From Candidatus Moraniibacteriota bacterium (GTDB lineage Bacteria > Patescibacteriota > Minisyncoccia > Moranbacterales > DUUL01), in NCBI GenBank assembly GCA_041596615.1, contig JBFHIG010000001.1:5262-69261 (forward strand): a stretch of 64,000 nt of DNA, given 5' to 3'. The notes under the pieces were generated by a model. That model was given only the letters and a program-made list of their open reading frames with translations. It was not told where the DNA came from and did no database searches. Both the position numbers and the translations under genes were made by a program. How positions within the stretch are numbered: position 1 is the first letter of the stretch; every line of letters begins with the position of its first letter. Of this stretch, positions 63,859-64,000 are shown in pieces.

Positions 63859-64000
63859 ATGTGCATTAAATGTGAAAAATTTGATAATATTAAAATCAGT
63901 AGCTCCGAAGAAATATATGCAGTTTCGGATAGTTTGAAAGAGGCCTTGGAAAAAGGAGATCTTGTTGAGATTGAAAAAGGGGTTGACGAATTTCACCCAA
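63859..64000 (+). CDS. Possible 5' end of a gene running off the window
   Basis: The frame is open from the ATG at 63859 to the window end (MCIKCEKFDNIKISSSEEIYAVSDSLKEALEKGDLVEIEKGVDEFHP). No motif. Confidence 0.25.
   Translation, partial: MCIKCEKFDNIKISSSEEIYAVSDSLKEALEKGDLVEIEKGVDEFHP

Noticed and set aside
63793-63996. 67-aa minus-strand ORF at the window end
   Set aside because: It is Phe/Ile/Asn-rich with low complexity and overlaps a more protein-like plus-strand frame. Neither can be confirmed from the sequence alone.
1-64000. CRISPR arrays, rRNA genes, tRNA genes
   Set aside because: No regularly spaced direct repeats with unique spacers were seen. The only tRNA-like T-arm/acceptor signature found by eye belongs to the tmRNA. 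No rRNA-like conserved blocks were noticed. A proper tRNAscan or Infernal run is still advisable.
1-64000. Alternative genetic code (for example UGA recoding, as in some CPR lineages)
   Set aside because: Conserved genes (rpoA, pyk, prfA, ribosomal proteins) are full length under the standard code, with stops where expected. RF1 is present. The single in-frame TAA in the DUF1059-like gene is isolated.

Overview
AT-rich bacterial chromosome segment. The gene content suggests a small-genome, CPR/Patescibacteria-like organism (inference only). The standard genetic code fits: long ORFs are not broken by TGA.

Layout:
1. 0-5.3 kb: ftsA (5' end cut by the window), a 766-aa bitopic membrane protein, a beta-carbonic-anhydrase-like protein and one unknown gene.
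2. 5.4-10.1 kb: infA-rpmJ-rpsM-rpsK-rpsD-rpoA-rplQ-rplM-rpsI with its own promoter.
3. 10.2-23.7 kb: envelope glycosylation cluster. It holds a GT-C-like membrane domain fused to a metallophosphoesterase, two GT4, one GT2, a 649-aa polytopic protein and a nucleotide-sugar dehydrogenase, with an embedded RtcB-like gene and a Tmk-like gene.
4. 23.9-25.4 kb: pyk.
5. 25.7-33 kb: block of membrane-anchored or secreted proteins, then uppP.
6. 33-35.3 kb: small enzymes.
7. 35.3-43.2 kb, minus strand: rplT-rpmI-infC, a tmRNA starting 3 nt after smpB, an ABC transporter pair, prmC and prfA.
8. 43.3-63.7 kb: accessory region of many small genes (VOC/glyoxalase paralogs, RibD_C, YdeI, HD, NUDIX-like housekeeping, Ldh_2, sterol-desaturase-like, YbjQ, YceI and others).

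Most notable findings:
- A REP-associated tyrosine transposase (RAYT) gene is bracketed by an exactly inverted pair of 28-nt REP hairpins.
- It sits in a 46.8-53.4 kb zone dense in BIME-like mosaic repeats, with stray copies at 25.56, 37.6, 54.05 and 55.51 kb.
- Three paralogous cassettes (conserved promoter, leader hairpin with a compensatory stem change, small signal-anchored protein, homologous terminator) lie at 43.3, 54.1 and 54.65 kb.
- A paired palindrome TAGATGCATCTA with identical 24-bp spacing occurs at two loci.
- A DUF1059-like gene is interrupted by an in-frame TAA.

No rRNA, tRNA or CRISPR array was seen by eye.
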